Shown piece by piece: positions 30,934 through 45,542 of a stretch of 64,000 nt of DNA; the first letter of the stretch is position 1, and every line of letters starts with the position of its first letter. The notes under the pieces were generated by a model. It ran no database searches and was not told the DNA's origin. It saw only the letters and a list, made by a program, of their open reading frames with translations. Source of the stretch: Macrostomum lignano (taxonomy: Eukaryota); contig NIVC01000620.1 in the NCBI GenBank assembly GCA_002269645.1, forward strand, positions 444,979-508,978. The letters run 5' to 3'. The position numbers and the translations under genes were made by a program.

Positions 30934-31350
30934 TCAGTTGGGCCTGAGCACCGGTTGAATTCGACCGCTTTGACCTTTGCGCGCCTCGCTGAACTGCCTC
31001 AGCTGCTGCACGAGCTCCCGAGAGCGCTGCCGCTGCGGAAAGTCCGGGTCCTGCACGCACTGCACCAGGTAGTCATTCTCGTCAATCAGTCGCTTCATCT
31101 CCTTCTCGATGATGCACACTTTTGATTGCAGCGAGTTTACCAACTGGCCCTGATATTCAATCTTTGCATTGGCGGCTGCCAGCCTCGCGGACAGCTCCGG
31201 CAGGCTCACAGCCGACTGACTCGTTTCGTCAACTGTTGCTAGGGAAGCGCCGCCGATCGATGGGAGATCCGTGCTTTGGGCCTTCTTCCGGATCAGGCGT
31301 TTGGAGTCTGCAGTCTCGGCAGCTGATAGCTTGACAGTCTCAGATGCCAT
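30934..31350 (-). CDS. Small uncharacterised coiled-coil protein (138-aa ORF; 3' end may be spliced)
   Basis: ATG-initiated GC-rich ORF with a heptad-like LSARLAAANAKIEYQGQLVNSLQSKVCIIEKEMKRL segment. Confidence 0.55.
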   Translation of the reverse strand: MASETVKLSAAETADSKRLIRKKAQSTDLPSIGGASLATVDETSQSAVSLPELSARLAAANAKIEYQGQLVNSLQSKVCIIEKEMKRLIDENDYLVQCVQDPDFPQRQRSRELVQQLRQFSEARKGQSGRIQPVLRPN

Positions 31351-32089
31351 TTAGTGCGTGCGTGTGACAAAAATGGAAGGGCGAATAGAAAAACGCAAGC
31401 TGTTATAAATCCGTCCGAGCCACTTCAGCTGCATGCAGTCGACTGCGCACGAGGCAGCATTTTTCTAACCCGCATTGCAGTTCCCATCCGACGTATTCTG
31501 TGCAAAACAATGCAATTTCAGTCATTGTTTGCCGTACCGGTTTTGTCTAGATAGAAAGACGAGAGCAATTGACTCTGGTGCCTGAGTCAGCTGATAGATT
31601 AATTGCTTCCGCTTTATCTTCTCCTGTCTCAGAGCTTACAGCAGACTTCCCATTTGTCAGGTGTTGATTCCCAGGAATTTTACATTCATTTTAAATTGTG
31701 AAACAGCCTCTGCCTGGCTCAGAGCCTGCCTATAGAGAATACGACGGTGAAGCCTTCCGTGATGCTTGGCTGCTTGCTTCAAGACAAGCCTCAAGAAATT
31801 TTACTTGGAGTTGTTTTTCGTTCCGCTTTGTAAGCGTCACTTTCTTCGACTTTTGACACTCTTCATTTTTATTTAAACAGATCAGCTTAAAAGCTTGCTA
31901 TGCCTTCCTACCTGCTACTTGAAATTTTAAATCAGTTTATTTGGACACTCAGAACGAAGCGACGAGTTCTCATGCCTCGAAACCCAAGCCTAGAATCGAG
32001 ATCTAGCAGCGCCTCAACCGACTCCGAGTTGCTGCTTCAGCAGTATCGCAACCAGCAGCAGACGCGGAAACAGAAAGTGTTTCAGCAGC

Positions 32090-33316
<1,227 letters not shown>

Positions 33317-33892
33317 AGTGTCATCAGAGTGGTGTGTCTCTAGCCATTAATTGTGTTTCGTAGTTTTCCGCCTCTTGGTGAGCATCTCAGAACGCAAATT
33401 AGAGTTCTCAGCTCGACAGAAAATCTTCTTTCTGTCTCTGTCTGCTCTTTTTTCGTTCTCGAGCGATCATGGTTCATTCAGTGTGCTGCACTCTGCCATT
33501 GCTTTGGCTGAAGACACTTCGGACACAAAATTACTGCTTAATAAAAAAGTCTAAAATTTTCGGGACCACTTCGCTGCCATGTGGGTCTTCATTGGAAGTG
33601 CTATAAATGGACAATCAACCCTCTTAGCTGTTTAGAAGACACTAACTAAAAGCTAATTACAAGAATTTTTTCACAAGAATAATTTTTTCGATTTGATCAT
33701 ATGAGTTTGTTGGCTTAAGATAAGCTATTCTAAAAATCAACCAAACCGTTGCAATAACCAGTTTATCAAAATACTCATGATAACGAATCATAGAATATAG
33801 AAACTTGAAATCTTTTGATCGTAAGCTGACAGCCTACAGCCTACGGTTGTCTGCCAAAAGTTTTTTGAAATAAATTTCTAAATGGATCAATG

Positions 33893-34212
<320 letters not shown>

Positions 34213-34968
34213 CGAAGATACGTAGATAGATCTTCTTCCTCAGGTCTCCTTGGCCTGCTTGTAGGTTGGTGAGAACTTGGTCGGAAATTATTGCAATGCT
34301 TGCCTTGTTGTCTTGGAGAAATAAAAAGCGCTGCTGGGAAAAAGCAGAGACACAGAGAGATAGCAATCTTGTAGTTTTACGACGCCGGCACTGTCTCAGC
34401 AGGTTTGAAAATGAGCTCTGCTCATCGGTGTGACAAGCCCACCCAGACATGCTTTCTCCCTCACCCTTGTCAACGTCGCCCACCCTCGGCTGCCTCTGTT
34501 GCATTATCCATTCATTTAGTGACAGCGAGACAGAGAGAAAAGCAAAGTGCTCTTTCTGCCGCCCAGGAGGGTCGTTTTTTTCTTTTCATTCTTATTTCTG
34601 CTTCTGCGCACCATTTTCTAGCGAAAACTCTGAGAGAATTGATGGTCTTTATTTCATAGCTTGTTTTTACTGCAAGTGTGTATACACCCGGCTCACTCTC
34701 CCTCTCACTCTCTCCCCAAGCTTCTCATTTCTATTGCTCAGTCGGATGTCTCTAAGGCGCAGGCTGGGAGCGGAGTGGCCCACAATCCGTTCTCCATCAG
34801 GCTCTGTCAATCTTACTTGACCAATATGGTCGCGGGTGAGCCAGTCAGCATTAAGCCTGATGAATGGCGTCTCCATCTATAAAAAGACCCGTCGCATTTA
34901 ACTGTAATTGAAAGAAAACTAAAGTTATCGACTAGAAGTACGTTTTCGACAGTGCAGCAACAAGCGAC

Positions 34969-37900
34969 ATGGATTTTGACTACTCCGAGCAAATTGAAAT
35001 TCGACCATCAAAAAGGTAGGTTTGTCATTTCAAGCGTTATAGTAACTTGAGTTATTGTTACCAGGCATCTTAGTCTCCCTCAGCTCGAAAATTCCCCATG
35101 AGTCTTGACAACTCTAGCGATTCCTTGAGTCTTGACAACTCAAGCGATTACCCATGAGTCTTGACAATTCAGCGGTTCCCGATGAGTCTTGACAACTCAG
35201 CGGTTCCTTATGAGTCTTGACAACTCAGCGATTCCTTATGAGTCTTGAGAGCTCAGCGATTCCTAATGAGTCTTGACAACTCAGCGGTTCCTTATGAGTC
35301 TTGACAACTCAGCGATTCCTTATGAGTCTTGAGAGCTCAGCGATTCCTAATGAGTCTTGACAACTCAGCGGTTCCTTATGAGTCTTGACAACTCAGCGGT
35401 TCCTTATGAGTCTTGACAACTCAGCGATTCCTTATGAGTCTTGAGAGCTCAGCGATTCCTAATGAGTCTTGACAACTCAGCGGTTCCTTATGAGTCTTGA
35501 GAGCTCAGCGATTCCTTATGAGTCTTGACAGCTCAGCGATTCCTTATGAGTCTTGACAGCTCAGCGATTCCTTATGAGTCTTGACAGCTCAGCGATTCCT
35601 TATGAGTCTTGACAGCTCAGCGATTCCTTATGAGTCTTGACAGCTCAGCGATTCCTTATGAGTCTTGACAACTCAGCGATTCCTTATGAGTCTTGACAGC
35701 TCAGCGATTCCCCATGATTCTTGACAACTCAGCGATTCCTTATGAGTCTTGACAAACCAACAGTTCCCTACGACACTTAAAAACTCAACAATTCCCCATG
35801 ATAAGTTTGAACATAGCTTGACATATTGCCTAATGATTGCCTAATTAGTGCTTCGTCATAACTGAAAATCAATATCTTGACTATTAAATCCCAATGACTG
35901 CCCCTAAATTAACGACGCCAGAGAATACCCCAGAGGTTGCAGGCAACATGACTGTGACTCAATTTTCTTGAATCAGCTGCGTGAGGCTACAGGGATGCAA
36001 CGCCAGGGGGGGGGGGGCGTTGCCACCCATCCCCCAAAAACCCCTGGCGACCACGGACCCTCCGAAGAGTCCCGGAAGTGGATTGGGTCTTCCGGAGAGC
36101 CCTCAGTTAGCTTACAAGCTGGTGAAACTTTCCGGGTCCTAAAACGTTGGAGAGGTCCGGGTTTGGGCCGATGTATGTGAAGCTTCTCCTGAGTAAAGGC
36201 GGGGCATACACAGATGAAGTAGTGGTACATAACAGAACAGGTCACCGCATTGATGTCCCTGCGGTTGAGTCCAAGCAGGGCCCTGCGGAAAGCGACAGGA
36301 CAGGCAACGGTAGTGCAGGGCTTCTGGCATCTTTGTGTTGGGAAAATTTGCATAACTTAATCATCAATACTACTTACTGAAAGTAGCTCATAGGCCGGAC
36401 TGATAGGTTCTATTGCTAGACATATCACTATAGCTGTTAGAAGCTAAAAAATACATATTATAGTTTTATTTAGAATTTCGATTAAAACTATTATAATACG
36501 AACTTTTTCGTTTGTGGTACTTTGAGTAGTGCTATTATTGAACCCTAAAACTTTAGATTAAGTGGGCATGCTTGCAACATATTTTAAGCCATGCTCCCCG
36601 GGGTTTGGCCTGAATGTTTGCACAACAGTCTACAAGCTGAGAGCATTGGAGGCTGAGGCTATTCAAGTAGTCAAACGGAAATAATTGATGGCCTACTGCT
36701 CACTTCCTTGCGAGCTACATTGGGTCTCTCTGTGTTGACACTGCTGCAGGGTGGCCTTGTTATGGCTTGTTGGCCATGTCCTCTCTTCTTCAAGGAGCCT
36801 GCAGGAGTCAGGAACCCCCAGTGCCCCTTGTCCCCAAACTATTGGTCGCTATAAAATTGGACGACAAGCCAGTCTGCTCCCGCCCTCTGACAGCAGACTG
36901 ATCCCCGTCTAGAGCCGGAATTCTCCTCACGGACCAGCTGCTTAGCAACTGCAGGCAGATACACAATAAGCCAGACTGCCAGGCAGAACGCTTTGAATAG
37001 CATCACCAACCCCGGTTACTTTTTGCGTATTTCTTCCAAGCATTGTGCTTCTGCGATGCTGCACCTTTTGTAGCTCGCACTTCTATTCTGTTCTTCCTGG
37101 ATCCCCGGTCTTGAGAAACTGAATAGGCTGGGCTTAGTGCAGAGAGCCCAGCTTACAAAGCAGCTTACAACTCTGAGCAGAGTCGCATTTGAACAGATCG
37201 GAAGTTGACGGGGGATTTTCTTGTAAAGTTAAAATAAGTAGAAGTTTTTGAAGAAGAGTTAAAAAGGCCGAGAGGATCAGCTCTGTATAAATCAGGCAAA
37301 ATCCCTCTACACCATTGAAATCATGTCGCAGAGATGAGGAGGCATTCAAGATGGAGGATCAAGGCTCCGCTCTGCTGCACTACTCTGAGGCCGAGCTCAC
37401 GGCCAGTCGAATCAATCTGAAGGAGCGCCGGCTTCTGTCGCGCAGCTGGGCCCGCCTGGAGGCCGATCGGAGCTACCGGATGCGCTGCCTGCAGACGGAC
37501 CTGCGCCTGGCCGAGCTGGGCCGCGCACGCTTGGAGACGCGCAGCGCTCGGGTGCGCAGCAACCTGACGCAGGACGAGCGCAGCGGCTACCGTCGATTGG
37601 ACGCCGCTGGTATGCTTCGCCTGCCGTCGGGTTGTAGCTATTACCGACGTCCGGCACACCTGGAGCCGGCCCAGCTCATCCAGTCCGCCCAGAGACGCCT
37701 TGAAGCCGGCGGCACGTGCAGTCGTCTCACTCGGAGGCAACACTCGCCGCAGCGCCTGCTGCGACCGAGCACCAGCAAAACCGCCAGCTCCAGTGCGGTG
37801 CGCTTTGTCCGCTCCGACATCGCATTCGACGCGCCAGACGTGGACGACATCAATGACGCTTCATCGACTGCATCGACTTCTTCAGCGTCGACAACGGAGA

Positions 37901-38208
37901 GTCTGCGTCAATTGCGCACAGCTGCGGCCGCGTCCTCGGCGCGTCAGAGGCCGCAGACGACAACAGCAACAGCCAGGAGTACCTACAGCGCCCTTCAACA
38001 GCTTCAGCAGCAGCAGCAAAGGCTACGACTAACCAGCCAGTCCTGCCATTCCGCATTTTACACCGGCGGCGAGCAGCGGCAGAGCCACTTAATGGACGCA
38101 GCTAGCAGGCGTCGGGCTTGGGCGGAGGCTGAACGACAGAAGCAGCGCAACTTAGACAGACCAGTGAAGGAGTTTCTGCGCTCCCTGGAGCAGCTGCGGG
38201 TCGCTTGA
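34969..38208 (+). CDS. Uncharacterised Arg/Ser/Ala/Gln-rich protein with short terminal helices (about 307 aa, 2 exons)
   Basis: Exon 34969-35015 (MDFDYSEQIEIRPSK, donor gtaggt, TATAAAA about 90 bp upstream) joins in phase 2 to 37332-38208 (RDEEAFKMEDQ...LDRPVKEFLRSLEQLRVA*). Confidence 0.6.
35094..35760. repeat. 28-bp minisatellite (atgagtcttgacaactcagcgattcctt), intronic
   Basis: Period 28, head-to-tail with no spacers. Confidence 0.92.
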
Positions 38209-38419
38209 AAATGAGCTGATTTTTTCAAAGGCATTATTCTACATTTACTACTGCACATAATATGCAAATAATTTTTCATAGCTAATGGTTTTCTGATTCT
38301 TATTTTGACTCTAAATAAATAATTTTATTCGTAATTTTTGCAGTGACAGGCCGATCGGCCTGAGAAAATTTGATAAATAACAGTCGATTTTCTCTTTCTG
38401 AAGCGTACTTTCAAAAGAA

Positions 38420-38950
38420 ATGAAATGAAAAAAATGAGAATCTAGAAATGAGGAATGGGAATTAAGAAATGAGAATTGAGAAATGAGAAATGAGAATTGA
38501 GAAATTACAATTTAGAAATGAGAATTGAGAAATGAGAATTGAGAAATGAGAAATGAGAATTAAGAATTGAGAATTGAGAATTGAGAATTGAGAAATGAGA
38601 ATTGAGAATTGAGAATTGAGAATTGAGAAATGAGAATTGAGAAATGAGAATTGAGAAATGAGAATTGAGAATTGAGAAATGAGAATTGAGAAATGAGAAT
38701 TGAGAAATTAGAAATGATAATTGAGGAATGAGAATTTAGAAATGAGAATTGAGAAATGAGAATTGAGAAATGAGAAATGAGAATTGAGAAATGAGAAATG
38801 AGAATCGAGAAAAGAGAAATGAGAAATGAGAAATGAGAAATTACAATTGAGAATCAGGAAATAAGAATCGAAAATTAATAATGGACAATTGACAATTAAG
38901 AATTGAGAACTAAGAATTAACAAATGAGAAATGAGAAATGAGAAATGAAA
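38420..38950. repeat. 7-bp (gagaaat/gagaatt) satellite
   Basis: Tandem array. Confidence 0.9.
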
Positions 38951-39289
38951 ATTTGCGCAAATGTGAGAATAGTGTTCCAAATTTTACCGGCTAGAGGCAA
39001 AGATTATCACCGGCATTAACGAAATGAGACATTTTTATGCAAATAAGCCAACTACTACAAGTATATTACGTTTTGGAGACAGAAGTCTTTATTATAAAAA
39101 TCAAAAAACTCTCAAACGCTTTCGCCAAGTACGTCATTGTCTTTTTCATATTGGCCCAGACATGCTTGGGTTGCTAGTGGATAAGTTCTAACGCTGTAAA
39201 AATTTCGCACCAATTTAAACATTCCGCAAAGATTTTAAAGAGAATTCGGCTCCGCAAATCTCGAAAGCCGCTCAACTCCATCGGGTCTC

Positions 39290-39560
39290 TTTATTTTTAT
39301 ATTAGAGGCAGTGAGGCTGTGTGCACCCTGACGCACATTGTCACATAACCGGAGAGAGGCATTACTCCGACTCCCCTGAGCAGGCACACAAGCTCACGGA
39401 TACCTATAGATACGCAATCATACGCACAGGCACACACTCACACAGGAGTGTACAGCGGCCCTAACTTTATTTATCCTTAAACATGTACACCTCACTGTTT
39501 CTAGGGGTTGGCCCTCAATGGCGTTAATTGCACGAGCAGAGCCAAGCCGAGATTCCAGTT
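39290..39560 (-). mobile_element. tRNA-derived SINE copy, 5'-truncated, minus strand
   Basis: Reverse complement of the body and tail of 22840-23197 (ccgactcccctgagcaggcacacaag...acacaggagtgtacagcggccctaactttattt...gcacgagcagagccaagccgagattcca). Confidence 0.8.
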
Positions 39561-40399
39561 TCTTCAAATGTAGCGAAAAAGTTTCCGGTAGGATTTCTGA
39601 GCAGATCTCTTTACAATTCAGAGCAACATGGATTCGACTGGTTGCATAAAACGCTTGACGAAAGCAAGCCTGAGAAAGGTCCTGGAGCTGGAGGAGATCT
39701 CCCAAACTGTGCTCAGCGGCAGCCTACCACTCAGAACTGAGGAACAGGTATACGACTGCTGGCTAAGTCACATTAGAGGCACCTAAGCTAAAATTCACAG
39801 CTCAAAGCCAGGGGCACTTGCTCATCAACTTTGAGCCCCCATTCCGTGCAGTGCCTGCTGAGCAGTCCTCAGAGAAACATGCACGTGAGATTGAAATTGT
39901 TGAAAAATCAACTCTGATTATGCTAAAATTGAATTCTAAAATCGGATGATGACGTGAGAAGTCAATGGTGGCAAAAAATCTGCACCAGAAAAAGCAGACA
40001 GTTGAGACTGAAAGACACTGACAATGTGACGCTCACGGTTAGAAACAAATTTAAAAATCGCAAAATTCACGCAAAAATGCATTCGAACGATCCAAGCGCT
40101 GCACTGAGATTCTATGCGTGGAGGAGCAGCCACCGGCAGCAACCCAGCCTCCCCAAGACAACGCACAGCAAACAAATTTCTCTGTCGCTATGGCAACGCG
40201 ATGCTGAATTCAGCGCAGAAAGCAACAGAGAGACAACAAAGAATCTCTCAAACCAATCCAAAGCCCGGCTTCATCGGGATCGACTGGCTCGACACTGCGC
40301 TCCCGCGCTGCCATCGCAACGCCCTCCACCCCAAATGATGAGTTGGGAAGCTGCATAAAGCCCGCAGTCCTGCAGCAGTCGAGAGGCACAAAAGCGAAA

Positions 40400-41598
40400 A
40401 GAACATCCCATCTCCGTAAAAGACTCTCCGCTGCCGCTCTGACCGCTCTGACTTTGTCAAATCTGCCGCTGATTCTCTGCTGCTGCATCGCTCTCGGCCA
40501 CTCGCTCGAATTCGGCCACTTGAGCTGCTTTGTGGACGAAGAAACTCCAAACCGAGACCTCACCGGTCTTGTTGGCTTATCCATTGTCGGACCTTACTCG
40601 AAGACACCGGAGGAGGGGGACGTCGCACTTTATGGCAGCTTGACTTTAGAAGTTTGCACGAAATCTGCACGTATGGAAAATTCCGGTACTTTTCCGTTCA
40701 GTATTCAGGTGCTTGCTTCTGCGGAAACTCGTACGGCAGATTCGGCAGGGCAGCCGACAGCGACTGCAACATGGCCTGCGCTGGCAACTCCGCCCAAATC
40801 TGTGGAGGGACGTCGCGAAACTCTGTGTACCCGCAGGTCTACAATCGTTCAGGTGAGCGTAACGGAATTGCAATCGATGCGGTTCTACTTCTACACGTAC
40901 ATGTACTTTTCCAGCTGCACTGGGCACAGCATCCATGGTTTAGCACGCGTTTGCTTCAGCATTAAATATTAAGATTTCAAAGCATTTCACAAAGTCAAAC
41001 TAGATTTCTGATCCAACACAGATAAACAAATATAATTAATTTTCCGTAGGGCTCCGGGCACGCTATTAGAACGCTGTCAAAAAATGGTTTCACAACCAAA
41101 GGTTTTGTCAATCTTCAGCCCGTTCTGCTGATTTCTGGGCACGTATAAGAGCACGGATAACTGTACGAACTCATACATGTACACTCTCTGTGCCTTGGGA
41201 TTTAGCACTCCTAGGTGTGAGCGCGCAACGAACACTGAGCCAATTTTTCAAAAGAAAATATACAGCCAGAGTTTGAATGCAGTTTCAGCATGTGACTGAC
41301 TACAGTCGACATGTCGAAGGTCTCACAAGAGTAGCGGTGCACCACTCAATGTCTTTTTTTCCTTTCAGATAGCAAGCATTTCATTTTGGCTGACCGAGAC
41401 TACGTGAACCTGACCTCTACCAGCGGCCCGTTCTACCGCACCGAGCAGCCCGTCAGGAGTTTGACTGAGTACGTATATCGCTGCGTCACAGACTGCCAGG
41501 CCGTGCTGTTCCACCTGGACGCCTGCCACCTGCTGAGATTCGCCGTTCTGCCACACGAGCTGAAGAACGTCGCTGGGATGTTCGTCACCCGCGTGTGA
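40400..41598 (+). pseudogene. WSC plus PAN/Apple-like gene, copy 3, with a 1-nt frameshift at about 40657 (pseudogene or assembly error); start codon not found
   Basis: ...LILCCCIALGHSLEFGHLSCFVDEETPNRDLTGLVG...LTLEVC continues in another frame as HEICTYGKFRYFSVQYSGACFCGNSY...CAGNSAQICGGTSRNSVY; donor at 40853; exon 41369-41598; same intron phase as copies 1 and 2. Confidence 0.7.
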
Positions 41599-41639
41599 GG
41601 GACCGCCAGATTCGGAGCAAGGAGACTCGGTTGCTGAAG

Positions 41640-43030
41640 CCTCTGATTGGTGAACTCTGTGATTTCTGACACCCTCTGATTGGTGAACTCTGTGATTTCT
41701 GACACCCTCTGATTGCTGCAATTCTGTGATTTCTGACACCATCTGATTGCTGCAACTCTGCAATTTCTGACACCATCTGAGTGCTGAATATTGTGAATTC
41801 TGACACCATCTGAGTGCTGAACTCTGTGATTTCTGACACCATCTGATTGCTGAACTCTGTGATTTCTGACACCATCTGATTGCTGAACTCTGTGATTTCT
41901 GACACCCTCTGATTGCTGAACTCTGTGATTTCTGACACCCTCTGATTGCTGAACTCTGTGATTTCTGACACCATCTGATTGCTGAACTCTGTGATTTCTG
42001 ACACCCTCTGATTGCTGAACTCTGTGATTTCTGACACCATCTGATTGCTGAACTCTGTGATTTCTGACACCATCTGAGTGCTGAACTCTGTGATTTCTGA
42101 CACCATCTGATTGCTGAACTCTGTGATTTCTGACACCATCTGATTGCTGAACTCTGTGATTTCTGACACCATCTGATTGCTGAACTCTGTGATTTCTGAC
42201 ACCCTCTGATTGCTGAACTCTGTGATTTCTGACACCATCTGATTGCTGAACTCTGTGATTTCTGACACCATCTGATTGCTGAACTCTGTGATTTCTGACA
42301 CCATCTGATTGCTGAACTGCGTGATTTCTGACACCCTCTGATTGCTGAACTCTGTGATTTCTGACACCATCTGATTGCTGAACTCTGTGATTTCTGACAC
42401 CATCTGATTGCTGAACTCTGTGATTTCTGACACCATCTGATTGCTGAACTCTGTGATTTCTGACACCATCTGAGTGCTGAACTCTGTGATTTCTGACACC
42501 ATCTGATTGCTGAACTCTGTGATTTCTGACACCCTCTGATTGCTGAACTCTGTGATTTCTGACACCATCTGATTGCTGAACTCTGTGATTTCTGACACCA
42601 TCTGATTGCTGAACTCTGTGATTTCTGACACCATCTGATTGCTGAACTCTGTGATTTCTGACACCATCTGATTGCTGAACTCTGTGATTTCTGACACCAT
42701 CTGATTGCTGAACTCTGTGATTTCTGACACCATCTGATTGCTGAACTCTGTGATTTCTGACACCATCTGATTGCTGAACTCTGTGATTTCTGACACCATC
42801 TGAGTGCTGAACTCTGTGATTTCTGACACCATCTGATTGCTGAACTCTGTGATTTCTGACACCCTCTGATTGCTGAACTCTGTGATTTCTGACACCATCT
42901 GATTGCTGAACTCTGTGATTTCTGACACCCTCTGCTTGCTGAACTCTGTGATTTCTGACACCCTCTGATTGCTTAACTCTGTGATTTCTGACACCATCTG
43001 AGTGCTGAATATTGTGATTTCTGCAAATCT
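41640..43030. repeat. 33-bp minisatellite (tctgattgctgaactctgtgatttctgacacca), about 42 units
   Basis: Period 33; one minus-strand frame is stop-free, (MVSEITEFSNQ)n. Confidence 0.95.
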
Positions 43031-44556
43031 AACCACAGTTAATATATTTACTCCTGGCGTGTCACCTGAGTTCCAAAAAAATAAATATTTTTTGCTGCCA
43101 AAAAGAAAGAATTCTAGCGGCTTCTGAGCAGTAGCTTAATGGCATATAAATTTCTTTTTTTATCTTGATCGATCGACATAACGGCAGTAGTAGCAACCAA
43201 AGCAGATATTGCTGCCACACTATCGACTCTAGCATTATCAGGCATCAGATTTACAGCAGCGAATTAACTGAAGAAACTTCTCAATTCACACGGAGCTGCT
43301 GTATGAGCTATTGTAACACTCGAATATCACACCAGTTTCTACGAGTATAAGGCTAGCACCCCAGATGTTGCGAAAAAAATTTAGAGTGTTATACTTCGAT
43401 ATACTACTTGCACAGCAGAAGCCACAATAGCTTCTGTAGGTGACATCTCAGGTGTGTATACTATCTATTATTTACACACCTTGAAACGTATAGCACCTGT
43501 ATCATTTATTTACTTTAGTACACTTACAAAGGGAATTGAGAATATGAATTGCAGCACTCGATGGATTAGAATGATAAAGCTGTTAGTTAGTTTAACAGCA
43601 GTTAGTGAGCAGGCTAAATACAGGTATAATAATTAACACCAGGAATTCCTAACCATTTTTCTGCCCGTCGAAATACCATGGATTCAAAGGCATTTTTTGC
43701 TTCTGCAGTACGCAAGAAGGCAGATACACGAATTTCAAGGACACATGGGCTTGTTTGCTTTTTGCACCTGGCGCCATTTCAATCAAGAACCAAGTAGTTA
43801 GACACTCCAGACAGTCGAGATATTCAACAGTTGTGCTTGTGTCACCTGGTGTCACCGAAGGCCCACAACCTTTTGAAGTCATAGCAGATGCATCCACGTG
43901 TGGTTGAGATGCTGATAAAATTTTGAGACGCAGTGCTTACTTGAATACACTTGTATCGAAACAAGTCTGAATATTCCCTCACCTTTGAAGTTCTACCGTT
44001 AAAGCACCGAGTAACAAACACACATTCCCTTGCAAACAACGTGAAAATGTTAAAATCTGGTGAGACAGTGTTTTTCAAGCAAAGTTAAGCGTAGTCTAAA
44101 TTTGTTTGTAAGCAGAGTTAGCTTTGCAAAGCTCACTAGCTACAATGTGAGTAAGTTTTAAATAAATTAGTGCTAGGAGTCAGATTTATTTCGTATTTGT
44201 AGCTCCATCTGATGAGGTAGTGACAGTCGACTGGGTATTGAAGTCTACGACATTTGCCCGCGGGAAGTCTTCACAGGAACTTCACAGGACCTTGAGATTA
44301 GGCGAATTAGGGAAGACTTATCTCCACCTAGTCACGAATCTTATCATTCAGTCGATCATCTGCAGCCACGTTTATCAATTAAGAGTTAATTATAAAGTGT
44401 ATTATTAATCTAAACTGCTGATAAATTTATATAGTCAAGGTATATAACTATACTACTATAGATGATAACTTTATCAGAATCGAATAATAATCATCACTCA
44501 ATCTAAATCTTATCTGGAGTTGTCTTATCAGCGTTATTAATTTACTTGTACCGCAT

Positions 44557-44776
<220 letters not shown>

Positions 44777-45542
44777 GTTTCTTGTCTCTCATTTAATGAT
44801 AGCAGATTTTGTAGGCCAGAGATGCAGCAGAGAAGTTTCTGCAGCTAAGCAAGTAACAATATGCAACTAATATTTATTTTAAGCACCATACGTCAGTACC
44901 ATGTTGGAGGAGACTTTTTTGAGACAATCGTTTGAAAGTCTCAGATCTTGGTTAATAATGCTCAAGGCTTGTCTTTCTACCCGAATGCGAGCACAATGAG
45001 ACTGTAGGTAATGAAATGCCTGCACACTGCCGCACTTACCTCAGTGCGTGTATGGGCAGACACAGCTTAAGTATCATAAAATAAAAAAACAGTATACGAG
45101 CGTATACGGGATGTTTAACACTGTGACACAGCAGTATCCCGGACCTTTACACAAAATGCTAGAGCTGTAATTGAGAATTAGAATATCGAATGTTCTATTA
45201 GATGAGGCTTGTGTGCAGTGTTGGCTTCGAAAATTACGGTTGGACTAGCATCGCTCTCTCGTCGTTTTTCAGAAGTCGCTTTTTCATTATTTTTTTGCTA
45301 ATGTACTCTCCTCACGATAAACATCCTCAGCAGTGCGACATGAATTCTGTGATGCAGAAAGCCTTACTCCGGTTCATTTTTTTTCATTATGTCATTCTTA
45401 TTTTTATACATATTTGTGTTCTCTGCAGCTTTGCAATTGCGATAGGTTTATGAAGGCCATAAGTCGTCTTATATAAAGAGAATTCTTAGCTCATTTTTAA
45501 CTAGCGTTCAACATACCACGTTTATTCTCGAATACTCGTACA

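Noticed and set aside
34222-34311. Possible 90-nt phase-1 exon on the minus strand (DNKASIAIISDQVLTNLQAGQGDLRKKIYL)
   Set aside because: Splice sites are plausible but no compatible partner exon was found, so it cannot be assigned to a gene
35094-35760. 28-bp partly palindromic repeat (tgagt...actca) resembling a CRISPR repeat
   Set aside because: Head-to-tail with no unique spacers, no cas genes, in a eukaryotic intron
35987-36340. GC-rich insert with a gcaacgcc-(G run)-ggcgttgc hairpin as a DNA transposon
   Set aside because: Only an imperfect terminal match (cagggatgc vs gcatctttg) and no TSD
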